Origin: an uncultured delta proteobacterium
Lineage (GTDB): Bacteria; Desulfobacterota; RBG-13-43-22
DNA length: 64,000 nucleotides
Reading direction: 5' to 3'
NCBI GenBank assembly: GCA_963843145.1
Contig: CAWJJC010000028.1
Span: 224,001 to 288,000, forward strand
Below the pieces are notes generated by a model. The model saw only the letters and a list, made by a program, of their open reading frames with translations. It made no database searches and had not been told where the DNA came from. Positions 62,554-64,000 of this stretch are shown here, in pieces. The stretch's first letter is position 1, and each line of letters begins with the position of its first letter. Made by a program: the position numbers and the translations under genes.

Positions 62554-63852
62554 ATGACTAAAGAACAGATGGATCGGCGGCATTTTCTTAAAATGGTGGG
62601 AAGCGGGGCTTTGGTGGCGGGGGCCGGCGCCTTGGGGTCCGGGGTGATGATCCCCACGGGCCTTTGGGCTCAGACACCTAAAATCAAGGGGCCCCTCAAG
62701 GTCGGCTATCAGGCGGTCTTGTCGGGGACCCTGGCCGGCTATGGGGAGTTCCACAAAATGGGCGCTCAGATGGCGGTGGAGGAAATCAACCAGAAGGGCG
62801 GCATCGCCGGCGTCAAGGTGGAAATGGAGTTTCGGGATTCCACCCTCAAACCGGACGACGCGATTAAAAATGCCCGTTACTTCGTCGACAGTTGGGGCGC
62901 CGATTATCTGGCGGGGATCGATTCCTCCGGGCAGGCCTTGGCCCTGGCCCCGTTGATGGATAAATTAGACCGGGTTCTAATGGTCACCCACGCGGCCACG
63001 GAAAAATTAACCGAGGAGTGGGTTTTTAAGAAAGGGATCAAACAGATTTTTCGGATAGTCACCCCCACTTATCAGGACGGCAACGCCGCGGCCTTCATCG
63101 CCAAGGACCTGCCGGCTATGAAATGGGCCACGGTCAGTCCCAAATACGAATATGGATTCACCTGCTGGAAGATGTTTCAGGAAACACTGAAAAAGCTCAA
63201 GCCGGGCGTTTCCTTTGTCGGTGAGTCCTGGGCGCCTTTTGGCACTACGGATTTCCGTTCCCATATCAACACCATCATGGACGCCAAACCGGACGGTCTG
63301 TATTCCACCGAGTGGGCCGGTGAATTGATCACCTTCGTGAAACAGGCCAAGCAGGCCGGTCTCTTTGAAAAAATCAAATACGTCATGTTTCCGGTAGGCG
63401 CGGCCATGGATGTCCTGGAAGGGTTGGGCCAGGAGATGCCGGACAATGTCTGGATCTCCGGTCGCTATTTCTTCCTCTACCCGAACAATAAAGGCAACAA
63501 CGACTGGGTGGCCGCTTTCCGCAAGCGCTGGAACCACTATCCGGCCTATGTATCCGAATCCGGGTATTCCGCGATTTATGCCTTCAAGGCGGCCGTGGAA
63601 AAGGCGGGCTCCAAGGAGACCAAGGCCCTGATCCAGGTCCTGGAGGGGATGGGACTGGACACCCCGGCCGGCCATCGGGTATTCCGTAAGGAAGATCACC
63701 AGGCCATGTATGACGTCCCCTGGGGAAAGACCAAGGGTGACCCGAAATACCCCTTTAAAATCATGGGCGAGCAGAAGCTCATTCCGGCCAAGGTCTGCTT
63801 CAATCGTCCTCCTTTCGAGGGAGCGGGGAGCGAACCGCCGTTCAGCAGTTAA
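62554..63852 (+). CDS. Tat-exported LivK-type ABC transporter substrate-binding protein
   Basis: DRRHFLK twin-arginine signal, LKVG...LSG...YG, EINQKGGI. Confidence 0.9.
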   Translation: MTKEQMDRRHFLKMVGSGALVAGAGALGSGVMIPTGLWAQTPKIKGPLKVGYQAVLSGTLAGYGEFHKMGAQMAVEEINQKGGIAGVKVEMEFRDSTLKPDDAIKNARYFVDSWGADYLAGIDSSGQALALAPLMDKLDRVLMVTHAATEKLTEEWVFKKGIKQIFRIVTPTYQDGNAAAFIAKDLPAMKWATVSPKYEYGFTCWKMFQETLKKLKPGVSFVGESWAPFGTTDFRSHINTIMDAKPDGLYSTEWAGELITFVKQAKQAGLFEKIKYVMFPVGAAMDVLEGLGQEMPDNVWISGRYFFLYPNNKGNNDWVAAFRKRWNHYPAYVSESGYSAIYAFKAAVEKAGSKETKALIQVLEGMGLDTPAGHRVFRKEDHQAMYDVPWGKTKGDPKYPFKIMGEQKLIPAKVCFNRPPFEGAGSEPPFSS

Positions 63853-63928
63853 AAAACGGTTCAGGGGGCAGGAGGCCGGAGTCGCAGACAACCGGAACAT
63901 TGACCTTAGAAAATGACATGTTGGCTTC

Positions 63929-64000
63929 AAATCCGAAATTCGAAGCACGAAATCCGAAACAAGCACGAATTTTCAAAATCCAAATGATCCAAACAAATCG
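63929..64000 (+). repeat. AAATCCG-heptamer arm at the window edge
   Basis: AAATCCGAAATTCGAAGCACGAAATCCGAAACAAGCACGAA. Confidence 0.8.

Overview
A GC-rich chromosomal segment from an anaerobic deltaproteobacterium (Desulfobacterota-like; inferred from gene content: AOR, AbfD, IspH-UbiA fusion, selC). Main loci in order: a Ser/Thr kinase operon with a very large FHA-cNMP-degenerate AAA+-FeS membrane protein and a lipoprotein; a LipS1/lipoate ligase-DUF116/FAD reductase/LipS2 lipoate assembly cluster (lipS2 frameshifted); a PrsT-like TPR lipoprotein; a fur-feoB-Cys-rich protein-DtxR/FeoA iron locus with a perfect palindromic operator; GT2, ispH-ubiA and dusB; tRNA-Sec flanked by decayed toxin-antitoxin remnants and a dif-like palindrome; a cNMP-PhcB-like methyltransferase paired in frame with a membrane HD-GYP protein; a PIF1-WYL helicase; mfd; PAS sensors; a fatty acid desaturase; an ExeA-like ATPase; a sigma54-driven liv-ADH-AOR-(vapBC)-abfD catabolic region; an AhpF/TrxB-like reductase; an acyl-CoA ligase and SDR split by a four-helix-bundle gene inside inverted heptamer-repeat arms; IS1380 and IS1595 remnants; an XRE-cupin regulator and a Tat-exported solute-binding protein. 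Intergenic spaces hold at least three families of small repeats. The best candidates for undescribed systems are the kinase/FHA-cNMP-FeS module, the PhcB-like synthase/HD-GYP receptor pair and the heptamer-arm cassette system. All family calls come from motif recognition by eye; no database search was run.
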